DNA of 64,000 bases from Opitutales bacterium. GTDB taxonomy: Bacteria > Verrucomicrobiota > Verrucomicrobiia > Opitutales > JABSRG01. Location: the NCBI GenBank assembly GCA_049599475.1, contig JBMYOQ010000014.1:14826-78825 (forward strand), given 5' to 3'. The notes below the pieces were generated by a model, which searched no databases, was not told the origin of the DNA, and worked only from the letters and a program-made list of their open reading frames with translations. This document shows, one piece after another, positions 27,913-38,597 of the stretch (within the stretch, counting starts at the first letter, position 1; each line of letters opens with the position of its first letter). The position numbers were made by a program, and so were the translations under genes.

Positions 27913-29349
27913 ATGTCAGCTCAGCCACCGATCAAATCATCATTCAAAAAACGGGGTCCCTCAGATGGGATGATAGATTCGCCTGAATTGGGTGGGCGCG
28001 TCCCCCCGCACGACCTCGGTGCTGAGGCGGCTCTTTTAGGAGCCTGTATTATGGATGGTGGGCGCGATACGATGACATTATGTGTTGATGCGCGCTTGGA
28101 TCCCGAAGGCTTTTACAAGCCAGGGCACCAGCTTGTTTTTTCAGCAATGCGTGAGTTGTACAGCGATGGTAAGCCCTTCGATGAGATTATCCTCGCGGAG
28201 CATCTACGCAGACAGGGCCATTTGGAGACTGTCGGGGGCTTGGTGGCGCTCAACCAACTCACCGAGAATATCGATGGCACGATGTACGCCTCCTATTACC
28301 TGGAGATCGTGAAGGAAAAATGGTTGGTGCGGCGCCTGATTCGTACCTCAGCTAAGACCATTGAGCGCTGTTTCGAGGCCCAGGAGAGCGTGGATCAGTT
28401 TCTTGAGGAGGTAGAACAGGATGTTTTTGGAATAAGCCAGCAACGGGTCACTGAGGCTGCCAAGCATATTAAAGAACCAATTGATGAGGTCAGCCGCCAG
28501 ATCCAGATGCTTATCCAGCGAAAAGGATCTACTTACGGGGTGCGCTCGGGCTTCAAGGATATCGATGCCATGACTTTTGGTTTCCATGGCAGTCAAATGA
28601 TCATTTTGGCTGCGCGCCCTTCGGTCGGTAAGACCTCCTTGGCGATGAATTTTGCGGAAAACTGTGTTTTGCCACAGGCAAACGAAGGAGCCGAGCCGGG
28701 GGCGTGTTTGGTCTTCTCCCTGGAAATGGGGGCTGACCAATTGGCGATGCGTTTGTTGTGCTGCCGAGCTCGGGTGAATGCCAAGCGGATTCGCGATGGA
28801 TTTTTGAACGAAGATGAGCAGCGCAAATTGGCGACATCGGCCAAGGAATTAAAAGGGGCGCCTCTCTATATAGATGATTCTGGAGGACTGACCATCATGG
28901 AGATGCGGGCAAAGGCACGTCGTCTGGCGGCTCGGGTACCCTTGAAAATGATTGTGATGGACTACCTGCAGCTCGCATCCGGCTCGGATCCGAGAATGCC
29001 TCGTGAGCAGCAGATCGCGGAAATTTCCCGTGGTTTAAAGAGCATGGCTAAGGAACTTAGTGTGCCGGTGATTGTTCTCAGTCAGCTCAACCGTGAATCT
29101 GAGAAGGAAAAACGTGACCCTCGCTTATCTGACCTCCGTGAGTCTGGTTCTATCGAACAGGATGCCGACGTGGTGTTCATGCTCAGTCGCCCAAGAGGCG
29201 ATGCAGAAGGTGAGAATGGGGATACAGGCCTGCCCGGAGACGTGGAGAAAATCAATTTAATCATTGCCAAACAGCGAAATGGGCCAGTAGGAGAAGTCCC
29301 TTTAACATTTGTCCGCCAGTACACTCGGTACGAGAATTTTACTGCCTAG
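27913..29349 (+). CDS. dnaB: Replicative DNA helicase
   Basis: PPHDLGAE, AARPSVGKT (Walker A), FSLEM, DYLQL, SQLNR, DLRESGSIEQDAD, KQRNGP; no intein. Confidence 0.97.
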   Translation: MSAQPPIKSSFKKRGPSDGMIDSPELGGRVPPHDLGAEAALLGACIMDGGRDTMTLCVDARLDPEGFYKPGHQLVFSAMRELYSDGKPFDEIILAEHLRRQGHLETVGGLVALNQLTENIDGTMYASYYLEIVKEKWLVRRLIRTSAKTIERCFEAQESVDQFLEEVEQDVFGISQQRVTEAAKHIKEPIDEVSRQIQMLIQRKGSTYGVRSGFKDIDAMTFGFHGSQMIILAARPSVGKTSLAMNFAENCVLPQANEGAEPGACLVFSLEMGADQLAMRLLCCRARVNAKRIRDGFLNEDEQRKLATSAKELKGAPLYIDDSGGLTIMEMRAKARRLAARVPLKMIVMDYLQLASGSDPRMPREQQIAEISRGLKSMAKELSVPVIVLSQLNRESEKEKRDPRLSDLRESGSIEQDADVVFMLSRPRGDAEGENGDTGLPGDVEKINLIIAKQRNGPVGEVPLTFVRQYTRYENFTA

Positions 29350-29375
29350 CCTCGCTGACATATCTCTTTTTTTCT

Positions 29376-31733
29376 ATGACCGCCTCTCGAGTTTTTATCC
29401 TGATCGTAGCTTCCTTGTTTACCGGCCTTGGTGTCGCCTGGGCACAGTTGGGGGGAGCCCCCGAGAGGGAAGCTGTGATTGTGGAGCGTGTCGATGTGCG
29501 CTTCGACGGTGTAAAATCTGTCAGTGAAGCCTACGTGCGTGGCAACATTCAGGTGCGCGCGGGCGATACGTATGACCAAGGCAAGATTGACCAGTCGATT
29601 CGCGTATTGTTTGGGACTCGCCTATTCGAGCATGTAGATGTCGATTTGGATCGCTTGGAAAGCGAGAAGGTCGTGGTGACCTTTGTGGTGCGCCCAAAAT
29701 ACAAGATCGAAACGGTCGAGTTTGTTGGAAATGAGCGGATATCCGATCGACGACTACGCCGGGAAGCTGAAATCCGTCGGGGCACCTTTTTGGACGAATT
29801 CAGTGTGGCTTCTGCTGCCGAGAAACTGGACGAGTATTACCTGAAAAAGGGCTTCTCTGACATCCAAGTGGATTATGAAGTGTTGCGCGACCGAGTCCGT
29901 GGAACTGCCCAGGTGACTTTTACGATCGACGAAGGTGAAAAGATCCGAGTGAAGGATATCGAATTCATCGGCAACGAGAGTTTTGGTGACCGCAAGCTCC
30001 GTGGACAGATGGATACACGTAAATGGTGGATTTTCTCATGGCTGACTGGCGGCGGAAAATACAAAGAGGAAGATTTCCAGGACGATCTCATTGAGCTTAA
30101 GGATTTCTATAAAAACGAAGGTTACCTCGATATTGCGATCGACGAGTCCAAAATTGATTTCGACTACGTAAAGCCCAATCGCTTGGAGCTCACTTTGGAA
30201 GTGGTCGAAGGGCCGCGTTATTACGTGGGTGATATTTCGTTCACGGGAAATACCATTTTCACTTCTGAAGAATTACAGCGTTCATTGAGACTGCGCTCTG
30301 GAGATGTGTTTTCACCCGAAAAAGTGGATGAAGCTATCCAGTCGGTACGGGACTACTTTGGGTCGCAAGGATACCTGGAGACTTTCGTGCGTGCCGAGCG
30401 TGCTCCAAACCTCGAAACCCGCGATATCGACCTCAATTTCCTCATCAATGAGAGTGAGAAGTTTTACGTAGAGTCTATCAACATCGAGGGTAATACCAAG
30501 ACGAAGAGCCGGGTGATTTTACGTGAACTGGCCCTCGCGCCTGGAGACGTGTTCGACAGCGTCCGTATGCGTAACAGTGAAGAGCGTCTTAAGAATACCC
30601 GCTTTTTTGATGAGCGTGGAGGGGTTCAACTCTCCCCTGAGGTCACGAACATACCTGGACGCAAGGATTTGCGTATCGCATTGAGGGAAGGGCGGACCGG
30701 TAATTTATCCTTCGGTGCTGGTTTCAGCAGTTTGGAAAACGCGGTATTCTTCGCAGAACTCACCCAAGGTAACTTCGACTTGTTTAACTGGCGCTCCGGT
30801 TTCCAGGGAGACGGCCAGAAATTTAGACTCAGACTTCAGGTGGGATCACGGAGTAATGAGATCGTATTGGCTTTCGAAGAGCCATGGCTCTTTGAGCAAC
30901 GTTTGGCTCTAGGTTTTGAGGTGTATCGCAGAGAGTCAGATTTCGTCTCGTCTCTCTATTCCGAAGTAAATATGGGATTTCAAGTTTACCTGCGTAAGCG
31001 CCTTTTCGAACTCGTTGAGGGGCGAATTTCTTATGAATTAGAAGAGACTTCCATTGAGGACATTACTGCAGCCGCCCGAGAAATCTACCCAGACTTGGCT
31101 GATGTTGGTAGCGAGTATTCGATTCTGTCGTCCACTGTGTCTTTGCTGCTCCTTCGAGATACCCGTAATAGCTTGGTGTTCCCGACACGCGGCTCTCGAT
31201 ATACGATTCAACAAGACTTCGTCGGAGGAGTCTTGGGTGGAGATGTCGATTACTACAAGCTAGAGCTCCGTGGGGCTAAATATTTCAGGCTATTCGAATT
31301 TCCGCTAGAGCAAAGCTTGGCCATCTTAGGCCGTGCGGGAGGCATTCAGCCCTATTCTGGAGGAACTGTTCCCTTCTTTGACCGCTTCTACCTTGGTGGA
31401 CCCGATACTTTGCGTGGTTTTGACTATCGCGATGTGGGGCCGTATGTGCGAGGCGAGCCCGTTGGCGGTAACAGCTACGCTATGGGTAGTCTAGAATACA
31501 CTGTCAAAATCGCGGATCCATTACGCTTTGCAGTTTTCTACGATGCTGGATTTGTGAACCCGAGCAGCTGGGATTACGATCCGAGTAATTATAATGACAA
31601 TTTCGGTCTTGGCATGCGTATTATGGTCCTTGGGGCGCCGCTTCGCCTGGACTACGGTATCCCGATCACAACATCTCCAGATAACGAAGACGAAGGGAAT
31701 CAATTCCACTTCTCATTTGGTTCTCGCTTTTAA
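29376..31733 (+). CDS. bamA: Outer membrane protein assembly factor BamA
   Basis: POTRA repeats (GNTKTKSRVILREL), FYLGGPDTLRGF, C-terminal FHFSFGSRF. Confidence 0.96.
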   Translation: MTASRVFILIVASLFTGLGVAWAQLGGAPEREAVIVERVDVRFDGVKSVSEAYVRGNIQVRAGDTYDQGKIDQSIRVLFGTRLFEHVDVDLDRLESEKVVVTFVVRPKYKIETVEFVGNERISDRRLRREAEIRRGTFLDEFSVASAAEKLDEYYLKKGFSDIQVDYEVLRDRVRGTAQVTFTIDEGEKIRVKDIEFIGNESFGDRKLRGQMDTRKWWIFSWLTGGGKYKEEDFQDDLIELKDFYKNEGYLDIAIDESKIDFDYVKPNRLELTLEVVEGPRYYVGDISFTGNTIFTSEELQRSLRLRSGDVFSPEKVDEAIQSVRDYFGSQGYLETFVRAERAPNLETRDIDLNFLINESEKFYVESINIEGNTKTKSRVILRELALAPGDVFDSVRMRNSEERLKNTRFFDERGGVQLSPEVTNIPGRKDLRIALREGRTGNLSFGAGFSSLENAVFFAELTQGNFDLFNWRSGFQGDGQKFRLRLQVGSRSNEIVLAFEEPWLFEQRLALGFEVYRRESDFVSSLYSEVNMGFQVYLRKRLFELVEGRISYELEETSIEDITAAAREIYPDLADVGSEYSILSSTVSLLLLRDTRNSLVFPTRGSRYTIQQDFVGGVLGGDVDYYKLELRGAKYFRLFEFPLEQSLAILGRAGGIQPYSGGTVPFFDRFYLGGPDTLRGFDYRDVGPYVRGEPVGGNSYAMGSLEYTVKIADPLRFAVFYDAGFVNPSSWDYDPSNYNDNFGLGMRIMVLGAPLRLDYGIPITTSPDNEDEGNQFHFSFGSRF

Positions 31734-31790
31734 TGGGCACTTTTTGCTAGTCCTGGAGTCTTTGTTCAAACTTTCCTCACTCACAAAATC

Positions 31791-32369
31791 ATGATTAAGA
31801 AATCAATCGCTGTCCTCATCCTGGCTGCATTCTCTGTTTCTGCTTTCGCACAGCAGGCCCCGAAGACTATCGCAGTGAACTTTGATACTCTGTTTCAGGA
31901 GTACTATGAAGTGAAGGATGCCCTAGAAAAATTCCAGTCTTCGATCGACGCAGTCGATAAAGAGCTTCAGCAAATGGCTACTGAAATGCAGCCTCAGCGC
32001 GAAAAATTGCAGGAGCTTGTCGCTAAGTCACGTAACCCTGCGCTGACTGAAGAAGCGCAAAAGGAAGCGGAAGCCGAAGCGATTCAGCTCGACCAAGAAG
32101 TCAGAAAGATGCAGCAAGAGCTTGGACAATTCCAGCAGCAGCAGCGTCAGACTCTCGGACTGCGCCGCAACGAGATCCGCAAGCAGTTTGTGGAAGAGAT
32201 TCGTGGAGTTGTTTCTCAGTATGCAGAAAGCATGGGCGCTGAGCTCGTCGTGAACATCGCACCTGAAGGTGGCAACGTTGGCGGTATCATTTTCGTAGCC
32301 GATGCGTTCGACAAGACTCAGGAAGTTCTCGCGATCCTCAACGCAGACGCTCCAGAGGCTGCCGAGTAA
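31791..32369 (+). CDS. skp: Periplasmic chaperone Skp/OmpH
   Basis: Signal peptide, IAVNF, long Gln-rich coiled coil, D.T.EVL..LN; follows bamA. Confidence 0.88.
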   Translation: MIKKSIAVLILAAFSVSAFAQQAPKTIAVNFDTLFQEYYEVKDALEKFQSSIDAVDKELQQMATEMQPQREKLQELVAKSRNPALTEEAQKEAEAEAIQLDQEVRKMQQELGQFQQQQRQTLGLRRNEIRKQFVEEIRGVVSQYAESMGAELVVNIAPEGGNVGGIIFVADAFDKTQEVLAILNADAPEAAE

Positions 32370-32398
32370 TCCCCGGATTCTCTAGAAAATTTTTTTCG

Positions 32399-32434
32399 CC
32401 CGGCTGGTCAGTGCTCTGACTTGCCGGGTTTTTT
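32399..32434 (+). terminator. Intrinsic terminator after skp
   Basis: cccggctggtcag/ctgacttgccggg stem plus T run. Confidence 0.75.
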
Positions 32435-32506
32435 ATTTACAACATTTCTCAATCGCGAAGAGGTTTAAGAGAAATAGTTTACCCACCGCCGATACCCTTA
32501 CCCATA

Positions 32507-33049
32507 ATGAAATTGATTCAATTACCCCTCGTTCTCTCGCTATCAATCCTCGTGCTGGCTGGTTGTAAGACTTTGGAGCCAGCGAAATATAGTGAGTTTA
32601 CGCGAACTACGGATTTTACGACTATTGAGAGCTTCTATATCGGAGACGTGAAGGCGTCCGAGCACAGCCGGTTTAATCGCGAAAGGGGTGTCGAAGAGGC
32701 TACCGTGGAAGCATTGGAAGCGGGTTTGACCGATTTGGGTTATAGTAGGTCGGAAATGCCAGCTGATATTTCGGTGAGTGCCCGCTGGCGATTGGTTACC
32801 GCATTGAGACTCGAAGAGCCGATGTATTCAAAGGGGCCGGGAGGAGGACGTGTGGATGCAGATCGTCGCATCGAGAAACGTTATAATTTAGTAATCGAGA
32901 TCTCAGATGAAGCAGGAGTTTTTTGGGTGTATGAGTCGGATAGGCGGCTCCAATTCTACGAACTTACTGAGGAGCGGGCCCGCAGGATGACCGCTGCAGC
33001 GATTGCACGATTCCCCACGAGTACCTTATTTGAGAACTCGAATCCTTAA
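32507..33049 (+). CDS. Lipoprotein (DUF4136-like)
   Basis: Lipobox VLAG-C; DFT..F, LTDLGY, LVIEI, VFW, ARFP pattern. Confidence 0.65.
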   Translation: MKLIQLPLVLSLSILVLAGCKTLEPAKYSEFTRTTDFTTIESFYIGDVKASEHSRFNRERGVEEATVEALEAGLTDLGYSRSEMPADISVSARWRLVTALRLEEPMYSKGPGGGRVDADRRIEKRYNLVIEISDEAGVFWVYESDRRLQFYELTEERARRMTAAAIARFPTSTLFENSNP

Positions 33050-33109
33050 ATTCTCGCTTTGCATTTGAGTATCAAGGGTGATTGATTGAGCGTTTTGAGA
33101 GTGAATCCG

Positions 33110-34213
33110 ATGAGCTTACCGAGTCTCCAGAATTTTGATGCCAATGCCCTCGCTGTTCCCGCTGTGCGGCGCATGCATGCCTATGTTCCGGGCGAGCAAC
33201 CGGACACTTCAGATTGGATCAAGCTCAATACCAATGAAAATCCGTTTCCTGCGAGTCCGCGGGTTCGGGGCGCTGTTGAAGCTGCAATTTCCGGTCTGAC
33301 CAAATATCCCTCGCCCACGAGTCAAGGCTTGAGGGAGGCGGCTGCGCGTATCTACGGACTCTCGGCGAATAATGTGATCGTTGGTAATGGTTCAGACGAT
33401 GTCCTGAATTTGTTGGTCCGAGCCTTTGCGGGTGAATTGCCCGTAGGGTCGGTAAATCCTGGATACTCGCTTTATCCAGTACTGGCCTCGATCGTGGGGA
33501 ATACGATGGAATACATTCCGCTGGACGGCCAGATGCAGGTGGACCCTGAGTTGATCAAGGCTTCGAAGGCTAATTTATTTTTCCTGACGTCTCCGAACGC
33601 TCCCACAGGAGTCGCTGTGCCGAATTCTTCGATCGCGCAAATTCTGGAGGTTTTTGAAGGCGTTCTCGTTGTGGATGAGGCCTATGCAGATTTTGCAGAA
33701 GAAAACGCCATAGCTTTGCTCAAGAAGTATCCTAATTTGGTGGTCACCCGGACATTCTCCAAATCCTATGGACTTGCCGGTTTGCGGGTCGGGTTGGCAC
33801 TCGGGCATCCTTCCTTGATCGGTGTCCTGGACAAAGTCCGTGATTCCTACAATGTCGACGGCCTCGCTCAGGCCGGCGCGGAAGCGGCGATCGAAGATCA
33901 GGCCTACTTTTCTGAGGTGATCGAAAAGATAAAGTCTATCCGTGAAACCACTCGGGCTGATTTTGAAAAACGCGGATGGTTCACCTATCCCTCGCAGGCA
34001 AATTTTCTATTCACGCGCCCGGTGAATTCGGATGGGATCTATGGTCCAGAGATCGCGAAGTCTTTATTTGAGTTTTTAAAATCCAATAAAGTCTTGGTGC
34101 GCTACTTCCCGAAATCCCCAGTCACGGACGCATTCTTGAGGATCAGTATTGGCACAGATGCCGAAATGAGCACTTTATCTGAGATCATAGACTTATGGCT
34201 GAGCAACGCATAG
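33110..34213 (+). CDS. hisC: Histidinol-phosphate aminotransferase
   Basis: [46 protein letters not shown] (PLP Lys). Confidence 0.96.
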   Translation: MSLPSLQNFDANALAVPAVRRMHAYVPGEQPDTSDWIKLNTNENPFPASPRVRGAVEAAISGLTKYPSPTSQGLREAAARIYGLSANNVIVGNGSDDVLNLLVRAFAGELPVGSVNPGYSLYPVLASIVGNTMEYIPLDGQMQVDPELIKASKANLFFLTSPNAPTGVAVPNSSIAQILEVFEGVLVVDEAYADFAEENAIALLKKYPNLVVTRTFSKSYGLAGLRVGLALGHPSLIGVLDKVRDSYNVDGLAQAGAEAAIEDQAYFSEVIEKIKSIRETTRADFEKRGWFTYPSQANFLFTRPVNSDGIYGPEIAKSLFEFLKSNKVLVRYFPKSPVTDAFLRISIGTDAEMSTLSEIIDLWLSNA

Positions 34214-34803
34214 CAAGCAAGACCCGGACAACGGGTGAGACGCAGATTGAAATCGAATGGAATCTCGACGGAAGCGGTGTTTCTGAGATATCTACGGGGA
34301 TCCCATTCTTCGACCATATGCTCACCTTGTTTGCCAAGCATGGCTTGTTTGACCTTAAGGTAAAAGCCGTTGGTGATATCGATGTAGATTATCATCACAC
34401 GGTTGAAGACGTAGGCCTGCTCCTTGGACAAGTGTTACGCGAGATCATAGGAGATCGTAAAGGGCTCGTGCGCTACGGTTTTTTCCTTCTTCCGATGGAT
34501 GAGGCTTTGGCGCAGGTCGCTGTCGATTTAGGCAATCGCCCTTATTTGGTATACCAAGTCGAGCATAGCACATCTGGGCCGATGGTGCGTGACTTTAACA
34601 TACACCTGTTCAAAGAGTTTTATCAGGCTTTTGCGAATGAGGCAGGAGCAAATGTGCACATCAAGACGCAATACGGCTTCGAACCACACCACTTGGCCGA
34701 AGGTTGTATGAAGGCTTTTGCGCGCGCGATCTCTGCGGCCGTTTGCATCGACCCCCGCCTAGAGGGAAAAGTGATGTCTACCAAAGGCTCTCTGAACGTC
34801 TAG
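34195..34803 (+). CDS. hisB: Imidazoleglycerol-phosphate dehydratase (monofunctional)
   Basis: [31 protein letters not shown]. Confidence 0.97.
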   Translation: MAEQRIASKTRTTGETQIEIEWNLDGSGVSEISTGIPFFDHMLTLFAKHGLFDLKVKAVGDIDVDYHHTVEDVGLLLGQVLREIIGDRKGLVRYGFFLLPMDEALAQVAVDLGNRPYLVYQVEHSTSGPMVRDFNIHLFKEFYQAFANEAGANVHIKTQYGFEPHHLAEGCMKAFARAISAAVCIDPRLEGKVMSTKGSLNV

Positions 34804-34805
34804 CC

Positions 34806-35462
34806 ATGAGCGCGCAAAATACAGAAGCTGCAGACATTGCAGTGATTGATTACGGCATGGGTAACATCCGTAGCGTAACCAACGCTTTGACCTTTGTCGG
34901 TGCAAACTTTCGAGTGATTTCTGGCCCCGACCAGATTGGGGTTGCCGATGGACTGCTTTTACCGGGCGTTGGCGCCTTACGCGATTGTATCAAAGCTCTT
35001 CGCGAATCTGGGCTCGATGCCGCAGTCGCCGATTGGATCGCAGCAGACAAACCTTTCCTAGGCGTCTGCCTGGGTATGCAAGCTCTCTTCGAATATTCGG
35101 AAGAGGCCGGTATCGAAGGTTTGGGGATCTTTCCAGGCAATGTTGTAAAATTCAAAGTGCCTGAAGGGCTTAAAGTGCCGCACATGGGCTGGAATGCTGT
35201 AGATTTCCAGAAAGATGATCCGGTGATGAATCGGGGGATCGAGTCAGGAAAAGATCAGTTTTACTTTGTGCACAGCTATCATGTTGAAACCCCACGGGAA
35301 GACATTGTCTGGGCGCGGGCTGATTATGGATACTCTTTCGTGAGTGCAATTTCGACGGGTCGTGTCTTTGCCACCCAATTTCACCCCGAGAAGAGTCAGA
35401 GCAAGGGGCTTCAGTTGTATCGCAATTTTGTCGAGCTCTCTGGATCTGCTGTCAGCGTCTGA
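34806..35462 (+). CDS. hisH: Imidazole glycerol phosphate synthase glutaminase subunit
   Basis: IDYGMGN, LPGVG, GVCLGMQ, PHMGWN, YFVHSY, QFHPEKS. Confidence 0.97.
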   Translation: MSAQNTEAADIAVIDYGMGNIRSVTNALTFVGANFRVISGPDQIGVADGLLLPGVGALRDCIKALRESGLDAAVADWIAADKPFLGVCLGMQALFEYSEEAGIEGLGIFPGNVVKFKVPEGLKVPHMGWNAVDFQKDDPVMNRGIESGKDQFYFVHSYHVETPREDIVWARADYGYSFVSAISTGRVFATQFHPEKSQSKGLQLYRNFVELSGSAVSV

Positions 35463-35637
35463 TAAGACAGGGTTTTGGGTTAAAGTGTTTAATGCTCAAA
35501 ATTAGCAAATTTAATATAGGTCCTGAGTGCTTGCTGTAGGTGGCTAGTGGGGGAGTTTACGATAGACATTTAGTCGAAAAATAGGATGTATATGCGGCTT
35601 CATTTTTCGCCGAAACAAGCCGTTACCTCAGCTCAAT

Positions 35638-36927
35638 ATGGACGCCTCTGCACAATTAAACATCTCAGGAAACACCTATGATTTGCCGATTATCGTAGGC
35701 ACCGAGAATGAACACGCGGTGGACGTCCGTTCGCTACGCAAAGAGTCTGGCTACATCTCTTTCGATGATGGTTACGCCAACACCGGAGCTTGCCAAAGTG
35801 ATGTGACATACATTGACGGCGAGAAGGGGATCTTGCGCTACCGCGGAATTCCGATCGAGCAATTGGCCGAGAAATCTACCTTCTTGGAGACTTCGTTCCT
35901 CGTCATTTATGGACGTCTGCCGACGGCGGCTGAGCTGGCCAAGTTCCGCCAGAAGATCCACGAGAGCATGCATATCCACACGGGCATGCAATCGCACTAC
36001 CAGGGATTCCCGGATAGTGCCCACCCGATGGCTGAGCTCTCGGCGATGCTGAACACTTTGGGGTGCTACTACCCAGAGATGGCTTCGAATGATCGCGACA
36101 AGGACTTGGAATCGTTTGACGATGCAGTCGCGGTTCTCATCGCAAAGGTTACTACGATCGCAGCGATGACCTATCGCTCGAAGCAAGGCCTGCCTTTTAA
36201 TTACCCTGATTCACGCATGCGCTATGTGGAGAACTTCATGCACTTGATGTTCACCCTGCCGTATGAAAAGTATGAGTCGAACCCAGAGCTGGTGAAAGCT
36301 CTGGATTTGTTCCTCCTATTGCATGCCGACCACGAGCAGAATTGTTCAACCTCGACAGTGCGCATGGTAGCCTCTGGTGGAGCGAATATGTTCGCTTCGG
36401 CTTCGGCTGGTGTGTGTGCCTTGTGGGGACCTCTCCACGGTGGTGCGAATATGGCGGTAATCAAGATGCTCGAGCAGATCCATGCTTCTGGAGATGATGG
36501 CAGTAAATTTATCGAAGGCGCAAAGAACGGACAGGAGCGCTTGATGGGCTTTGGCCACCGTGTCTATAAGAACTTCGATCCGCGCGCTAAGATTCTCGGA
36601 GAAGCTTGTGAAAAAATGCTCGCTAGCTTGGGAACAGAAGATCCGTTGCTCAACATAGCCAACCGTTTGAAAGATGCGGCCTTGAACGATGAGTATTTCG
36701 TGAAACGCAAGCTTTACCCGAACGTCGACTTCTACTCGGGCATCATTCTGAAGGCTGCAGGCATCCCCGTCGAAATGTTCACGGTGATGTTCGCCATTGG
36801 TCGTATGCCTGGTTGGCTAGCTCACTGGAAGGAAATTGCTGAGAATCCGAAGGGACGTATCCACCGCCCGCGCCAGATCTACACAGGCGAGGCCAAGCGC
36901 GACTATGTGCCGGTGGAAAGCCGCTAG
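35638..36927 (+). CDS. gltA: Citrate synthase
   Basis: [37 protein letters not shown]. Confidence 0.97.
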   Translation: MDASAQLNISGNTYDLPIIVGTENEHAVDVRSLRKESGYISFDDGYANTGACQSDVTYIDGEKGILRYRGIPIEQLAEKSTFLETSFLVIYGRLPTAAELAKFRQKIHESMHIHTGMQSHYQGFPDSAHPMAELSAMLNTLGCYYPEMASNDRDKDLESFDDAVAVLIAKVTTIAAMTYRSKQGLPFNYPDSRMRYVENFMHLMFTLPYEKYESNPELVKALDLFLLLHADHEQNCSTSTVRMVASGGANMFASASAGVCALWGPLHGGANMAVIKMLEQIHASGDDGSKFIEGAKNGQERLMGFGHRVYKNFDPRAKILGEACEKMLASLGTEDPLLNIANRLKDAALNDEYFVKRKLYPNVDFYSGIILKAAGIPVEMFTVMFAIGRMPGWLAHWKEIAENPKGRIHRPRQIYTGEAKRDYVPVESR

Positions 36928-36931
36928 AGTT

Positions 36932-37354
36932 CTAGCTCCGACCAAATAACTCTTTGCCTTCGGGGCTGTTCAGATTGATCAGCGAAAACACTCCGAGGAT
37001 TGTGCCCAGTGGAACTGACAGGCAGCACAGCACTGCCGCAGTGATGCATGCGAAGTAATTGTCCTGCTTCCTGAAGCAAAGGCCAATCCAGATAAAGGAT
37101 ACGAGGTGGACTACAGTCATTGTGAGAATGCCCCAACTGAGCATCTCAAAAACCATTTTTAGGTCGATGTGGCCAGCAATCCCATAGAGCGACTCTATAC
37201 TCGAGAAGAGCTGATCGATCATGCGATGTTGCACGCTGAGGATAATGATGCCTGGAAGGGCCATGAGGCCGAAAAGGATGTAGTAGACTCCTAAACGACG
37301 CAGATTGTCCCGGGCGTTTTGCTTTTCAGCTTTCTGTAAAGGAGGTGGTGTCAT
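36932..37354 (-). CDS. Small membrane protein, hypothetical
   Basis: 140 aa, 3-4 hydrophobic segments, C-terminal [14 protein letters not shown]. Confidence 0.7.
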   Translation of the reverse strand: MTPPPLQKAEKQNARDNLRRLGVYYILFGLMALPGIIILSVQHRMIDQLFSSIESLYGIAGHIDLKMVFEMLSWGILTMTVVHLVSFIWIGLCFRKQDNYFACITAAVLCCLSVPLGTILGVFSLINLNSPEGKELFGRS

Positions 37355-37387
37355 GTCCTAAAATTCGGATATGAACCTCCAAAGATT

Positions 37388-37421
37388 AAAAAAACCGCAT
37401 ACGGTTTATACCGTATGCGGT
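37388..37421 (-). terminator. Intrinsic terminator after zinc metallopeptidase gene
   Basis: accgcatacggt-ttat-accgtatgcggt perfect 12-bp stem preceded by A run (U tail on minus strand). Confidence 0.85.
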
Positions 37422-37449
37422 CTGTTAAATCTAGAAATCTGACGGAAGC

Positions 37450-38145
37450 TTAGTCTCTGCTGCTCGTGAACATTAACACGTAGTAAAGGAGAGTCGCCAA
37501 GCTACTGACGAAGGCAGCGACATAGGTCCAGCCCGCAGCATTCAGGGTCTGCACTACGCCTTGGCGTTCATCTGGCTGTATAATCCCCAGGCTGAGCAGG
37601 TGCTCCCGCGCCCGCTTCGATGCGTCGAACTCCACAGGGAGCGTGATCAATTGGAAGATCGTGAGTACTAGGTAGGCACCGATCACTGCAAAGAGGAGAA
37701 GTTTGGAAAGTCCGAGTCCGATGAAGCCAGCTCCAAAGATGCTGATAATCAATAGGACAGGAAGCGCTTTGCTGGAGAATGAAGTTACGGGCACAAGTGC
37801 CATGCGTGCTTCTAGAGCTGCATATTTTTCCTTGTGCTGGATGGCATGGCCTGCCTCGTGCGCTGCGACGCCCAGTGCGGCGAGCGAAGTGCCATGATAA
37901 TTGTCCTGGCTCAGTGCGAGGCGGCGTTTGGACGGATCGTAGTGGTCTGTCAATTGACCCCCAATTGCAACGATTTCGACGTCGTGGATGCCGGCCTGAC
38001 GCATAACATAGGATGCTGCTTCCGCGCCAGTGATGCCTCCACGTGAACGGACTTGGCTGTATTTACGATAGGTGTTCATCACCTTCGATTGAGCCCAGAA
38101 CCCGAGGATGAATGTTGGAACAATGAGAATTAAGAATGGTATCAT
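37450..38145 (-). CDS. Membrane zinc metallopeptidase (YugP-like)
   Basis: LTDHYDP, AAHEAGHAIQH (HExxH), TLPVEFDASKRA, LNAAGWTYVA. Confidence 0.93.
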   Translation of the reverse strand: MIPFLILIVPTFILGFWAQSKVMNTYRKYSQVRSRGGITGAEAASYVMRQAGIHDVEIVAIGGQLTDHYDPSKRRLALSQDNYHGTSLAALGVAAHEAGHAIQHKEKYAALEARMALVPVTSFSSKALPVLLIISIFGAGFIGLGLSKLLLFAVIGAYLVLTIFQLITLPVEFDASKRAREHLLSLGIIQPDERQGVVQTLNAAGWTYVAAFVSSLATLLYYVLMFTSSRD

Positions 38146-38342
38146 CGATTTGTGTCTATCACTAGGTTGAAACAGGAATTAGCAGCGGAGGTTCCAATCC
38201 TACTCACGCTACCCCTATCTTCCATGGTATCAATGCAGGAGCGCTGCGCAAGCTGAGGGCGCCGAATTCTCGGCGAAATCGTGGCGTTTTGATCTGAGAC
38301 ATGTTGTGCCACTTTGTGAGTGTGATTGCACAATTTTGTCTC

Positions 38343-38588
38343 ATGCACATGCTGTCTTTTGTGGAACTGTTGCGGATGGCAGGAGTGGTGGTGGTGATCC
38401 TATCGTGTACTTATGTGCTCTGGGATGCGCGTCGGTTGAGCTTATTGTCGATGCTCTCACTGTGTTACCTCGTCAACATTCGGAGAAGACGTCGTTGGTG
38501 GCTAATATACCTATTTGCTTACCGGATCATTGGAATCTATGGAGTCTGCATGGGTTTATGGGTTGTTTTCACAAAACTTGGTAGCTAA
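38343..38588 (+). CDS. Possible small membrane protein
   Basis: Hydrophobic segments separated by an Arg cluster (RRRRR); stop 9 bp before udg start; a competing frame exists. Confidence 0.4.
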   Translation: MHMLSFVELLRMAGVVVVILSCTYVLWDARRLSLLSMLSLCYLVNIRRRRRWWLIYLFAYRIIGIYGVCMGLWVVFTKLGS

Positions 38589-38597
38589 GCATTTGAA

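Noticed and set aside
27913..29349. Intein in DnaB
   Set aside because: 478 aa with contiguous helicase motifs; no insertion
33110..35462. Incomplete his operon (hisC-hisB-hisH only)
   Set aside because: Scattered his genes are common; no pseudogenisation visible
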